From Arcobacteraceae bacterium (lineage in GTDB: Bacteria > Campylobacterota > Campylobacteria > Campylobacterales > Arcobacteraceae): 64,000 nt of DNA. Positions 39,604 through 49,405 of this stretch are shown in pieces (position 1 is the stretch's first letter; the number at the start of each line of letters is the position of its first letter). A program made the position numbers and the translations under genes. Location: contig JBLWVX010000002.1 in assembly GCA_048268245.1 (NCBI GenBank), forward strand, positions 1-64,000, read 5' to 3'. The notes below the pieces were generated by a model that saw only the letters and a list, made by a program, of their open reading frames with translations, had not been told where the DNA came from and searched no databases.

Positions 39604-40778
39604 AAAAGATAATTTTAATATTTTTAATGACAGTATCAATTTTAAGTGCAAAAGATACTATAAAAGCAAATGATTTTAAAAGTTTACAAAATATAAATAA
39701 ACTAATAGAACAAAACAAATTAAAAGAAGCAAAAAATAAAATTGAAGTATTATTAAATAAAGATATAAATAATCTTACTAAATCATACTCCCTTCAATCT
39801 TTAGCAAATATAAATCTAAAAAGAAAAAACTATAAAGCAGCAGCTAAAACTTATGAGAGAATTATTTCTTATGATAGCTTAGAAAAAAATGATATTTTAA
39901 AAATAAAATATTCACTATCAAAAATATATTTTAGTTTAGAAAACTACTCATCAAGTATCAAATATTCAAAACAGTTAGTAGGCTCTAAAATAGTTAAAAA
40001 CAAAGATATTTATGAAAACCTAGCCTTAGCTTACTACTATACTAAACAATATACAAAAAGTATTTTTTATACTAAAAAAATTCTTAGCTTAACAAAAGGG
40101 AATAAAAATAAAGAGTCTTGGTATAGAATGCTTTATTCAGCCTATGTAGAAAGTAAAAAATATAAAGCTGCAATTAATACTCTAAAAGATATGACTAAAA
40201 TTTATAAGAAAAATGAAACTTATTGGATGCAATTAATTTCCCTTTATGAAAGAACTAAACAAAAAAGAAAATCTTTAGCAACTTTAGAGTTTACATATAA
40301 AAATAGTATTGTAAATAAGGAAAAAAATCTTTTATATTTAGTTAGTATCTTAAGTGATTATGGTATTTATAATAAAGCTGCTAAGTATATGCATGAAGCT
40401 TTAAATAAAAGAATTGTTAATACAAATCAAAAAAACTTCAATATCTTAATCTCTTTATATTTAAATGCAAAAAACTATGAAAAATCTATTGATTTACTTG
40501 AAAACTCACCTTATGCAAAAAATGACAAATATCAACTAATCCTTGGAAATATTTATTACAATCAAAATATTTTTAAAAAAGCTGTAAATGTTTTGGAAAA
40601 ACATACTTTTAAAGAAAAATCTAAAGCAGATGGGAAAAGATATACTCTTTTAGCATTAAGTTATTATGAATTAGATAATAAATCAAGAATTACAAAATAC
40701 CTTAAAAAAGCCTCAAAAAATAGATATGAAAAAAGAAGAGCTAAAAACTTAGCTAAGGATTTAGGTTTTAAAATCTAA
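39600..40778 (+). CDS. Exported TPR protein (TtpD-like)
   Basis: Signal peptide, TPR-like helical repeats, last gene of TonB cluster. Confidence 0.8.
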   Translation: MKKIILIFLMTVSILSAKDTIKANDFKSLQNINKLIEQNKLKEAKNKIEVLLNKDINNLTKSYSLQSLANINLKRKNYKAAAKTYERIISYDSLEKNDILKIKYSLSKIYFSLENYSSSIKYSKQLVGSKIVKNKDIYENLALAYYYTKQYTKSIFYTKKILSLTKGNKNKESWYRMLYSAYVESKKYKAAINTLKDMTKIYKKNETYWMQLISLYERTKQKRKSLATLEFTYKNSIVNKEKNLLYLVSILSDYGIYNKAAKYMHEALNKRIVNTNQKNFNILISLYLNAKNYEKSIDLLENSPYAKNDKYQLILGNIYYNQNIFKKAVNVLEKHTFKEKSKADGKRYTLLALSYYELDNKSRITKYLKKASKNRYEKRRAKNLAKDLGFKI

Positions 40779-40785
40779 ATCCTTT
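40755..40785. terminator. Hairpin between convergent genes
   Basis: AAGGATTTAG...CTAAATCCTT inverted repeat. Confidence 0.6.
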
Positions 40786-40805
40786 ATAAAATAATCTATT
40801 TAAAT

Positions 40806-41018
40806 CTATCCATTCATTTGCATTTTGATGATTACTTCACCGCTTGGCTCATCATAAACTGCTGTAAATTTATGCTTGTGACAAAAATCCTCATTCATTT
40901 CTATACACATCATATTTGCTTTTTGTAAAGCTTCATCAATTGTTTCAAAAGTCATTTCTTGTTTATAATCTGAATTTTTAAAGCATCCACATGCTCTTTC
41001 AACTCTTACTGTTGCCAT
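40806..41018 (-). CDS. Small hypothetical Cys-containing protein
   Basis: AGGAG RBS; 70 aa; CGC and C-x7-CHKH. Confidence 0.8.
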   Translation of the reverse strand: MATVRVERACGCFKNSDYKQEMTFETIDEALQKANMMCIEMNEDFCHKHKFTAVYDEPSGEVIIKMQMNG

Positions 41019-41118
41019 TTTTTCTCCTAATAAATTTTTTCGAATTCTAACATAATCATCATATAAACTTCTTTTAGTAAAATATAATAAAAGTTTTTAT
41101 TCAAATAAAGAGTCATAT

Positions 41119-42396
41119 ATGAAAAACAAATTCATTCTAGTATCCATACCAATGTTAGCACTTGTTGTTGGTGTATTTTATTTTACTGCACAGTTTATAA
41201 AACCTAGTCCGAAAAAAGAGATTACTATAGCAACTGGTTCAAAATCTGGTCAATATTATCAAACAGCTTTAAAATATAAAGAGCTTTTAGAGAAAGAAAA
41301 AGTTAAAGTAAATATTGTAACTTCAACAGGTTCTATTGAAAATATTAAGCTTTTAGAAGAGAAAAAAGTTGATGTAGCATTTGTACAAAATGGAGTTATT
41401 GAAAAAAGTGAGAACTTAGAATCATTAGCATCTATATATTATGAACCTCTTTGGATATTTTATAACACAAATATTAAGAATTTATCATATATACAAGATT
41501 TAGAAAATAAAAAAATAGCAATAGGAGAAGAGGGTAGTGGCACTAAAGACTTAGCTTTAAATATCCTAAATATAAATGGAATCTACGAAAAAAATAGTTC
41601 TTTTTATAGTTATAATTCAAAAGAAGCAATACAAAAACTTCTAAATAAAAAAATAGATGCTCTTTTTTTAGTCACATCAGCAGACTCTAAAATAATCAAA
41701 GAGCTACTTAACAATAAAGAGATATCTTTATTTTCATTTAATAGAGCAAATGCTTATAGTAGAAAGTTTCACTATTTAAATGCCCTAGATTTACATGAAG
41801 GAACTATTGACTTATTTCAAAATATTCCAAAAGAGAACAAAAAACTTTTAGCAAGTACAGCAACTTTAGTTGCCAATAAAGAGTTCTCAGATGAACTAAT
41901 AAGAATTCTACTAAAAAAAGTAACTCAAATACACAAAAACAAAAGTTTACTTTCACATGAAAATGAGTTTCCAAATAATTTGAACTTACCTTTAGCACAA
42001 AATGAAGAAGCAAGTATTTACTTAACTTATGGGGATACATGGCTTGAAAAGATTTTTCCATACTGGATAGCCTCAACTCTTGATAGATTAAAAATCTTAC
42101 TTATTCCATTAATTACTTTATCAATTCCATTATTTAAAGGAGTATTCCCACTATATAGATGGAGTATAAGGTCAAAAATATATAGATGGTATGACGAATT
42201 ACAAGATTTAGATTTAGGCTTAGATAAAGCAAGCAAAGAAGAACTAATTGAAAAAATTGCTGAACTGGAGAAATTGAAAAAAGAGATAAAAGATGAAACT
42301 AAAGTGCCACTTGCTTATATGGGTGAATACTATGATTTAATAATGCACTTAGAACTTATAATATCAAAAGCTGGAACCAAGTTAAATAACCAGTAA
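41119..42396 (+). CDS. TAXI family solute-binding protein with C-terminal TM and helical extension
   Basis: IATGSKSGQYY, STGSIENIKLL, IAIGEEGSGT. Confidence 0.85.
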   Translation: MKNKFILVSIPMLALVVGVFYFTAQFIKPSPKKEITIATGSKSGQYYQTALKYKELLEKEKVKVNIVTSTGSIENIKLLEEKKVDVAFVQNGVIEKSENLESLASIYYEPLWIFYNTNIKNLSYIQDLENKKIAIGEEGSGTKDLALNILNINGIYEKNSSFYSYNSKEAIQKLLNKKIDALFLVTSADSKIIKELLNNKEISLFSFNRANAYSRKFHYLNALDLHEGTIDLFQNIPKENKKLLASTATLVANKEFSDELIRILLKKVTQIHKNKSLLSHENEFPNNLNLPLAQNEEASIYLTYGDTWLEKIFPYWIASTLDRLKILLIPLITLSIPLFKGVFPLYRWSIRSKIYRWYDELQDLDLGLDKASKEELIEKIAELEKLKKEIKDETKVPLAYMGEYYDLIMHLELIISKAGTKLNNQ

Positions 42397-42443
42397 TTAT
42401 GCTTATTTTAGATATAATTCTCAAAAAATTATAAGGATTAGAT

Positions 42444-43409
42444 TTGAGAATTTTATCAGGAATTCAACCATCAGGAACAATTCATATAGGTAACTATTTT
42501 GGAATGATTAAGAAGATGATTGAATCTCAAGACGATGGAGAATTATTTGCGTTTATTGCATCTTACCATGCATTAACATCAGTAAAGGATAAAGAGCTTT
42601 TAGAGCAAAACACTTTTGAAGCTGCAGTTAACTTTTTAGCATTAGGAATGGACCCAGAGAAATCTACATTTTGGGTACAACACCATGTAAAAGAAGTACT
42701 AGAACTTTACTGGCTACTTTCAAATCATACATCTATGGGACTTTTAGAGAGAGCCCATTCTTATAAAGACAAAACAGCAAAAGGTATTCAAGCAAATCAT
42801 GGATTATTTTCATATCCAGTTTTAATGGCAGCTGATATTTTACTTTTTGATTCAAATATAGTTCCAGTTGGAAAAGACCAAATCCAACACGTAGAAATGA
42901 CAAGAGATATTGCAAATTCTTTTAATTATGCTTACAAAAAAGAACTATTTGTAATGCCTGAATCAAAAGTTGATGAAATTGTAGCTACTGTTCCAGGAAC
43001 AGATGGAGCTAAAATGTCAAAATCTTATGGTAATACAATTGATATGTTTAATACAAAGAAAAAAATCAAAAAACAAGTAATGGGAATAGTTACAGATTCA
43101 AAAGAGCTTGATGAAGTAAAAGAGTGGGAGAACTGTAATATCTATAAACTTTGTGAACTATTTATGAATGAAGCTGAACTAAAAGAACTTCAAGTTAGAT
43201 ATGCAACACCAGGTGAAGGATATGGTCACTTTAAGTTAACTTTACTAGATAAAATAAATGAACATTTTGAACCATATGTACAAAAAAGAGAAGAACTACT
43301 TGCAAACCCAAAACAAGTACATGAAATCTTAGCTTTTGGTGCTTCAAAAGCTTCTAAAATTGCTAGTGAAAAAATGAGAGTTTTAAGAGACGCAGTTGGA
43401 TTAATATAA
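42444..43409 (+). CDS. trpS: Tryptophan--tRNA ligase
   Basis: SGIQPSG..HIGN, YPVLMAADIL, KMSKS. Confidence 0.98.
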   Translation: MRILSGIQPSGTIHIGNYFGMIKKMIESQDDGELFAFIASYHALTSVKDKELLEQNTFEAAVNFLALGMDPEKSTFWVQHHVKEVLELYWLLSNHTSMGLLERAHSYKDKTAKGIQANHGLFSYPVLMAADILLFDSNIVPVGKDQIQHVEMTRDIANSFNYAYKKELFVMPESKVDEIVATVPGTDGAKMSKSYGNTIDMFNTKKKIKKQVMGIVTDSKELDEVKEWENCNIYKLCELFMNEAELKELQVRYATPGEGYGHFKLTLLDKINEHFEPYVQKREELLANPKQVHEILAFGASKASKIASEKMRVLRDAVGLI

Positions 43410-43420
43410 AGATTTTTACG

Positions 43421-44788
43421 ATGATGCCTACAGTTGAAGAAATTGCTATCAAAAAGCTTGTCTTAATTGACAGAAACTCTACATTGGAAAAAGCTATTAA
43501 AAAAATGGCAGATGCTAATATAAGAAATATAGTAGTTTCTGACACTGTAAAAGAAAAACATAAATACTTTATGCTTACAATTGATCATCTAATTGATTAT
43601 AAACTAAGTTCAATAGATCAAAATATTTCACTAAAAGAGCTTGATCTACCAAAAGCAAAAGTAGTACAAAAAGACTTAAGTATTCTAAATGTTTTAAATG
43701 AAGTTGATATTACTGATAGGTATATGATTATTTTAGATGAAGATGAAATAATTGGTATATTATCGTATAGTGATATTCTAAATAATATCGACCCAAAAAT
43801 TCTAATCAAAAAACAAACTATAGCAAAACTTATTTTGCAGTATAAAGCTGTAACAACTTATGAAAATACAACAACTTTACATACTATAGAGCTTATGAGA
43901 GATAATCATAGTGATTCTGTAATTATCATAAATAATGAGCACTTACCAATTGGTATTTTCACTACAAAAGATTTTATAAGCCTTATTCATAAAAACTCTG
44001 ATTTAAAACTTCCCATAAGAGAGTATATGAACAATCCAGTTTATACTTTAAATGAAAGTTCAACTATTTCAGATGCACTTGATTTTATACAAGACAATCA
44101 CTTCAAAAGAATTGTAGTAACAGATGATGAAAACAAACTTGTAGGTATCTTAACACAAAAAGAATTACTTAGAATCGTATATAATAAATGGATAGATTTC
44201 ATAAAAGAAGAAGGAAATAAGATATCAAAAATCAATGAAGAGCTTTTATCCAAAACTTCAAAACTTGAAGAGAAAGCTTCATATGATTTTCTTACAAAAA
44301 TTTACAATAGACAAAAATTTGATTCATACTTAGAATACGAAATAAAAAAAACCAATAGATATGATAGTCAAGTTTTATCTATTATGCTATTTGATATTGA
44401 TTACTTTAAAAATGTAAATGATACTTATGGTCACTTAGTAGGTGATAAAGTCTTAAAAGAAGTAGCTAAAATACTTACAGTATGCTCAAGAGACTGTGAT
44501 ATAGTTGCTAGATGGGGAGGAGAAGAGTTTGTACTTATGCTTCCTCAAACAAACTTAGAACAATCGATGTTTGTAGCTCAAAAACTTCGTGCAACCATAG
44601 AAAAACATAAGTTTGAAAAAGTTGGTAATATCACTTGTTCAATTGGCATTAGTCAATATCATAAAAATGAATCTAAAAAGATTTTATTCAAAAGAGTAGA
44701 TGAAGCTTTATACAAAGCAAAATCAAATGGTAGAAATAGAGTTGAAATAGAGTATATAAATGAACTATTTGAACAAAATGAAGACTAA
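43421..44788 (+). CDS. CBS-domain diguanylate cyclase
   Basis: Two CBS pairs; DFLTKIYNR, DIDYFKNVNDTYGH, RWGGEEF, RxxD I-site (RDCD). Confidence 0.92.
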   Translation: MMPTVEEIAIKKLVLIDRNSTLEKAIKKMADANIRNIVVSDTVKEKHKYFMLTIDHLIDYKLSSIDQNISLKELDLPKAKVVQKDLSILNVLNEVDITDRYMIILDEDEIIGILSYSDILNNIDPKILIKKQTIAKLILQYKAVTTYENTTTLHTIELMRDNHSDSVIIINNEHLPIGIFTTKDFISLIHKNSDLKLPIREYMNNPVYTLNESSTISDALDFIQDNHFKRIVVTDDENKLVGILTQKELLRIVYNKWIDFIKEEGNKISKINEELLSKTSKLEEKASYDFLTKIYNRQKFDSYLEYEIKKTNRYDSQVLSIMLFDIDYFKNVNDTYGHLVGDKVLKEVAKILTVCSRDCDIVARWGGEEFVLMLPQTNLEQSMFVAQKLRATIEKHKFEKVGNITCSIGISQYHKNESKKILFKRVDEALYKAKSNGRNRVEIEYINELFEQNED

Positions 44789-44798
44789 AGCAGTTAAA

Positions 44799-45497
44799 CT
44801 ACTTTGTCTTTTCACAAATAAATATTAATTTATCTGCTTCATCTTCACAATGTAAGTTAAATTCTCTAATCTCCTGAACATTAAAGCCATTTGACTCAAG
44901 AATATTTTTTAAGAACTCTTTTGAGTGATACTCTTGCACTATAAAATCAGCTTCTTTTGAGAAAAGATTGTTTTTTTGTTTTGTAAATAGTGTAAGATTT
45001 GTTTGTAGTTTTTCATCTTCAAAAATAGCATCTATTGATATGAATTTATCTTTTAAATCCATAGTTATACAACCCTGAGCTATCTCATCAAATCCAAAAT
45101 AAGAGTTTACATCAAACATAAAGTAGCCATCTTTATTTAAAACATTTGATACATCTTTTATAAAAGTTTCTAAATACTCTTTATCCATATAATTAAGTAC
45201 ATCAAAAATAGCTGTTGCACAATCATATTTTTTTTCTACTTTATCCAAAGGTATAGCACTTGCATCTAAACCTTTTGATTTACACACTTTTATTTGCTCA
45301 ACACTCAGATCAGTACCAAATGCAGTTTTGCCATTGATTCTAAGGTTTTCTAAAAAGTATCCTTGACCACATCCTATATCTATGATATTGTCAAGTTCAT
45401 TTACCATCACAAACTCCATAAACTGTCTGTGAAGAGTATAAACCTCATCTTCAAAATCTAGATAAGGCTCAATTTTTGAGTATAAATCTAATCCCAT
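44799..45497 (-). CDS. Class I SAM-dependent methyltransferase
   Basis: IIDIGCGQG motif I; FDVLNY. Confidence 0.88.
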   Translation of the reverse strand: MGLDLYSKIEPYLDFEDEVYTLHRQFMEFVMVNELDNIIDIGCGQGYFLENLRINGKTAFGTDLSVEQIKVCKSKGLDASAIPLDKVEKKYDCATAIFDVLNYMDKEYLETFIKDVSNVLNKDGYFMFDVNSYFGFDEIAQGCITMDLKDKFISIDAIFEDEKLQTNLTLFTKQKNNLFSKEADFIVQEYHSKEFLKNILESNGFNVQEIREFNLHCEDEADKLIFICEKTK

Positions 45498-46105
45498 TAA
45501 AGTACTTCTTCTATCTTCTCTTTTAAATCTAAGATTAAATCTTTTTTAGCATAAAAAGCATTTTTATTAGCTATTAAGTGAGCTGAACTTTCCATAATTG
45601 TTGGTCCCACTTCAAGTCCATTTTGCTTCATAGTTTCACCCGTCTCAACTATATCAACAATACAATCAGAAAGATTAACTAAAGGTGCAAGTTCAATAGA
45701 ACCATAAAGCTTAATAATCTCAACAGCCATTGCTTTTTCTTCAAAGAATTTTTTTGCAATTTTTTCATGTTTTGTAGCAACCGTGATTTTACTTTTTGTT
45801 AAATCAAGCTCTTCACCTTTTCTTAATCCAAATGCAACTTTACATTTACCTAGTTCTAAATCAAGTAGTTTGATTAAGTCATACTCTTTTTCTTCTAATA
45901 CATCAAGTCCTACTACACCTAAGTCAGCTGCTCCGTGCATTACATAAGTTGGTACATCTTGGTTTCTTACATTTAAAAATCTAAAACCAGATTTTTCAAG
46001 TATTAACTTTCTATCTTCAAATACAAACTCTTCCCCAAAAGCTTTCTCAAACTTGGCTAAAGTCTCCTTGGCAATTCTTCCCTTAGGCAATGCAATCGTT
46101 AGCAT
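45497..46105 (-). CDS. hisG: ATP phosphoribosyltransferase, short form
   Basis: IALPKGR, GSIELAP, IVDIVETGET; about 200 aa (HisZ-dependent type). Confidence 0.96.
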   Translation of the reverse strand: MLTIALPKGRIAKETLAKFEKAFGEEFVFEDRKLILEKSGFRFLNVRNQDVPTYVMHGAADLGVVGLDVLEEKEYDLIKLLDLELGKCKVAFGLRKGEELDLTKSKITVATKHEKIAKKFFEEKAMAVEIIKLYGSIELAPLVNLSDCIVDIVETGETMKQNGLEVGPTIMESSAHLIANKNAFYAKKDLILDLKEKIEEVL

Positions 46106-46718
46106 CAATAATCCTTTTCATGTTCTCAAATATTAAATCTTTTTTATAAATACTATTTTTAAAATATTGGCTCAATAGCTTTCCATCTCCACCTGTGAAT
46201 ATTATTTTTTTATCTTTACTTATCTCTTTTATAGGTAAAATGATGGATTTTAACATAGCATATTGTATAGCATCTTTTGTTTGAAGCGGTATTTTATCTA
46301 AATTTATATTTTTTTCAAAATCAAACTTTAGTTTTTTAGATATTTTTGGGTAAGTTTTCATAAAAGCTCTAAATCCAGGCATTATAAAGCCACCTTTATG
46401 AATTCCTTTACACATAAAATCAACTGTAATAGCACTTCCAGCATCAACTATAACTGCATCTTTTTCATATACACAAGCCAAGGCTCTATCTATTCCATGA
46501 CCTATATAATCAGTTTTAAACTTTAAATACTTTTTTATATTTATAGCATTAGGATTTGCTTTTAAAAGTTTTTTTGTAGCTTTTTTATTAACAGATACAA
46601 AAACAATTTGTTCTTTAAATTTCGGAACTTCATCTTTTAAACTTACTCTTTTATGTTTTCCCTTAATCAAAAAATGAAAGGTTGTATTTCCTATATCACA
46701 TAAAATCAACTCTAACAC
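46083..46718 (-). CDS. coaX: Type III pantothenate kinase
   Basis: DIGNT, GIDR, VDAGSAITVD, GGFIMPG, TGGDG. Confidence 0.93.
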   Translation of the reverse strand: MLELILCDIGNTTFHFLIKGKHKRVSLKDEVPKFKEQIVFVSVNKKATKKLLKANPNAINIKKYLKFKTDYIGHGIDRALACVYEKDAVIVDAGSAITVDFMCKGIHKGGFIMPGFRAFMKTYPKISKKLKFDFEKNINLDKIPLQTKDAIQYAMLKSIILPIKEISKDKKIIFTGGDGKLLSQYFKNSIYKKDLIFENMKRIIDANDCIA

Positions 46719-47028
46719 TCCATGAGTTTTCTTCTAAATACTTTTTTGCTTTTGAACATAAAGGACTTGATATAATTAGTTCTTTCTTCTTAAAGTTGTG
46801 TTCTTTATATAAAGCTAGTTTTTCACATAAAGCCATTAGTTCATCAGCATTTTTTCTTAAAAATCTACTTTTTGCATCTATTTTAAAAATTGCATAATAT
46901 TTTGAGTCAACACTAGTTGCACTATAAATATCCATCTTTTTTCTTGATGCTAAAGTTTTTGGTTCGATTTTTTCAATTTCTTTAAATAATATATCTTTGT
47001 TTGTATAATAGTTTGTAAGTTCTTTCAA
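46696..47028 (-). CDS. Hypothetical protein
   Basis: AAGGA RBS, TTG start, 110 aa, overlaps coaX. Confidence 0.7.
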   Translation of the reverse strand: MKELTNYYTNKDILFKEIEKIEPKTLASRKKMDIYSATSVDSKYYAIFKIDAKSRFLRKNADELMALCEKLALYKEHNFKKKELIISSPLCSKAKKYLEENSWSVRVDFM

Positions 47029-47060
47029 GTAATCTATCCTTATATTTAAATAGATTATAT

Positions 47061-48212
47061 CTAATTGTCACTTTTATTTATAAAAGCTCTTTTTTTAAAT
47101 GACTTTGCAGCTATAGCATAACCACCATTTGAGCAATCCACAAAATGAGTATGTTTCCCATGTCTCTCAAAAATTAAACATGTTATTAAAGCTGAGTTTG
47201 ATTCATGTACTCCATAAACAATATTTCCACTTTTATACTCTTTTTCTAAATACTCTTTTAGTTTATTTGTTTGCTCGCTACTAGTTGAAACTACCATTCT
47301 TAAAAGGTCATCAAACTTTTCTGCATCAATAGTTGATAAAATCCTATCTTTGTACTCTCCCCATTTATCAACTTTAAAACTCATAAGAGTAAGTCCTATT
47401 AAATTTATTAGTTTAAATCCTAAAACCTTTATATACTTTTTAAAAAATGATTTTTCATAAATACTAGCTTCCACATTTAAATCACTTGTTTTAAAACTAA
47501 GATTTAAATTTTTCTTGCTTAGGGGTGATCTTTTTTTATTATCCCCAATAAGATTTTCAATATTAAATAAAAGCTTTTCATAATAAGTATCTTCTTTACA
47601 CTTTATCATAACTGCTAAAGTATCATCTTTTGGAGACTTTATAGCTTCCCATCTACACTCTAAACCTTCTAAGTCAACTACAGTTGAATCAAGTAGTTTA
47701 TCTTTTATTAAAAACTCTTGGCTATTTTTGAGTAAATCATCTGCATACTCTAAGCCCCCACCTTTAATAATAGCTTGAAAACTATCCTCATTTAATTTTA
47801 ACTTAGTAATTAGAAGTGATTTTTTATCTTCATAGATTTTAGCAATGGGTACTATACCAACTCTTAAATCTAAAGAGTAACTCTCTTTTGAGATTTTTTG
47901 AGTTGCTAATAAAATTTGTTTTGTTTGCTCTAATATTTGTTTTGGAATTAAAATAAAAGCCCCATCTCCACCAAAAACAAAAGGTAAATCAAGAGTTTTA
48001 TCTATATTTAAAATAGCTATTATACTTAAAGCCCCAACCATATTAACTTCTTTGTATTTACCATTTTCGATAGCTATTGTTGAGTTTTTCACATCAGTTA
48101 CTACCACATACCAATCACTTGGCATATCTTTATAACTAGTGCTTTTACTTATTTCTTTTATAGAAGTGATACTTTTTAAGTTTTTATAAAAATCACTATT
48201 CATTTTAATCAT
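47061..48212 (-). CDS. DUF3095 family protein
   Basis: TDVKNST, GKYKEVNMVGA, PFVFGGDGA, GLECRW, HFVDCSNGGYA; start may be 48203. Confidence 0.8.
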   Translation of the reverse strand: MIKMNSDFYKNLKSITSIKEISKSTSYKDMPSDWYVVVTDVKNSTIAIENGKYKEVNMVGALSIIAILNIDKTLDLPFVFGGDGAFILIPKQILEQTKQILLATQKISKESYSLDLRVGIVPIAKIYEDKKSLLITKLKLNEDSFQAIIKGGGLEYADDLLKNSQEFLIKDKLLDSTVVDLEGLECRWEAIKSPKDDTLAVMIKCKEDTYYEKLLFNIENLIGDNKKRSPLSKKNLNLSFKTSDLNVEASIYEKSFFKKYIKVLGFKLINLIGLTLMSFKVDKWGEYKDRILSTIDAEKFDDLLRMVVSTSSEQTNKLKEYLEKEYKSGNIVYGVHESNSALITCLIFERHGKHTHFVDCSNGGYAIAAKSFKKRAFINKSDN

Positions 48213-49230
48213 CTAAAAGATTTAAAAGTTCCATATTTTTAAGAACCTCTGTTGTCCCATTTGAAACAGCCATTAGTGGGTCTTCACTTATATGTACAGG
48301 AAGCTTAATAATATTTGCTAGATATTTATCAATACCTCTTAATAAAGCTCCTCCACCTGTTAAAACAACTCCATTATCAATAACATCAGAAGCTAAGTCA
48401 GGTGGCATTTGCTCCAATAGTTTTCGAACAGAGTTTGAAATTTCTTTTAAAGGCTCTTCTATGGCTTCTCTAACTTCTTCACTATTAAGCTGTATTGTTT
48501 TTAAAAAACCAAAGTTGTCTTTTCCTTTAACCTCAACTGTTAAAAGCTTATCTAGTTTAATAGCAGTTCCAATAGCAAACTTTACTTTCTCAGCAGCTTC
48601 ATTACCAATAGTTAAACTATATTTTTGTTTTACATATTTTACTATCTTAGCATCAAACTTATCACCTGCTGTTCTAGTAGCTTTACATAAAACAAGTCCA
48701 CCTAAAGAAGTTAAACCAATTTCAGTTGTACCAGAACCAATATCTACTACCATATGTCCATTAGGGCTATTTACAGGAATTCCAGCACCAATTGCAGCTG
48801 CTAATGGCTCTTCAATTAAATATACTTTTCTAGCTCCTGCTGCCATGGCTGATTCTTTTACAGCATTTCTTTCAACTGGTGTTACTCCATGAGGAATACA
48901 TATGATGATTTTTGGTTTAAAGAAGAAGTTTTTCTTATAAGCTTTTTGAATAAAATAGTTTATCATAGTCTCTGTAGTATCAAAGTCAGCTATAACACCA
49001 TCTTTCATAGGTCTAACAGCTTTTATATTTAAAGGTGTTTTTCCAAGCATTTTTTTTGCTTCCAAACCAACTGCTATTACCTTATCCTGTCCTTTGTTAT
49101 TTTTTTGAATTGCAACTACTGAGGGTTCATTTATAATAAGCCCTTTATTTTTTGTAGTAACAATAATATTTGCAGTTCCTAAGTCAATTGCTATATTAGG
49201 TGCAATAAGATTCGATAAAGTATTAAACAT
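48205..49230 (-). CDS. mreB: MreB/Mbl family actin-like protein
   Basis: IDLGTAN, NEPSVVA, RPMKDGVIADF, EEPLAAAIGAG, LTGGGALL. Confidence 0.92.
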   Translation of the reverse strand: MFNTLSNLIAPNIAIDLGTANIIVTTKNKGLIINEPSVVAIQKNNKGQDKVIAVGLEAKKMLGKTPLNIKAVRPMKDGVIADFDTTETMINYFIQKAYKKNFFFKPKIIICIPHGVTPVERNAVKESAMAAGARKVYLIEEPLAAAIGAGIPVNSPNGHMVVDIGSGTTEIGLTSLGGLVLCKATRTAGDKFDAKIVKYVKQKYSLTIGNEAAEKVKFAIGTAIKLDKLLTVEVKGKDNFGFLKTIQLNSEEVREAIEEPLKEISNSVRKLLEQMPPDLASDVIDNGVVLTGGGALLRGIDKYLANIIKLPVHISEDPLMAVSNGTTEVLKNMELLNLLDD

Positions 49231-49319
49231 ATTTTTCCCAAATTTAAATTTATATTGAGATTATATAAGTAAAGCAGTTAAAAAGTAATGAAACGTCTAT
49301 TATTAATTTTTATTATTCA

Positions 49320-49381
49320 AAACTTACAGCCCATAATAATCACAAGATAGGAAACAATAGTTATTATAGACTGTAAGGTTT
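49320..49381 (-). terminator. Long hairpin/terminator after putA
   Basis: Minus-strand CTTACAGTCTATAATAA pairs with TTATTATGGGCTGTAAG (17 bp, two G-U) followed by T run. Confidence 0.7.
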
Positions 49382-49405
49382 AAATAAATAAGAGAGAAAA
49401 CCCCC

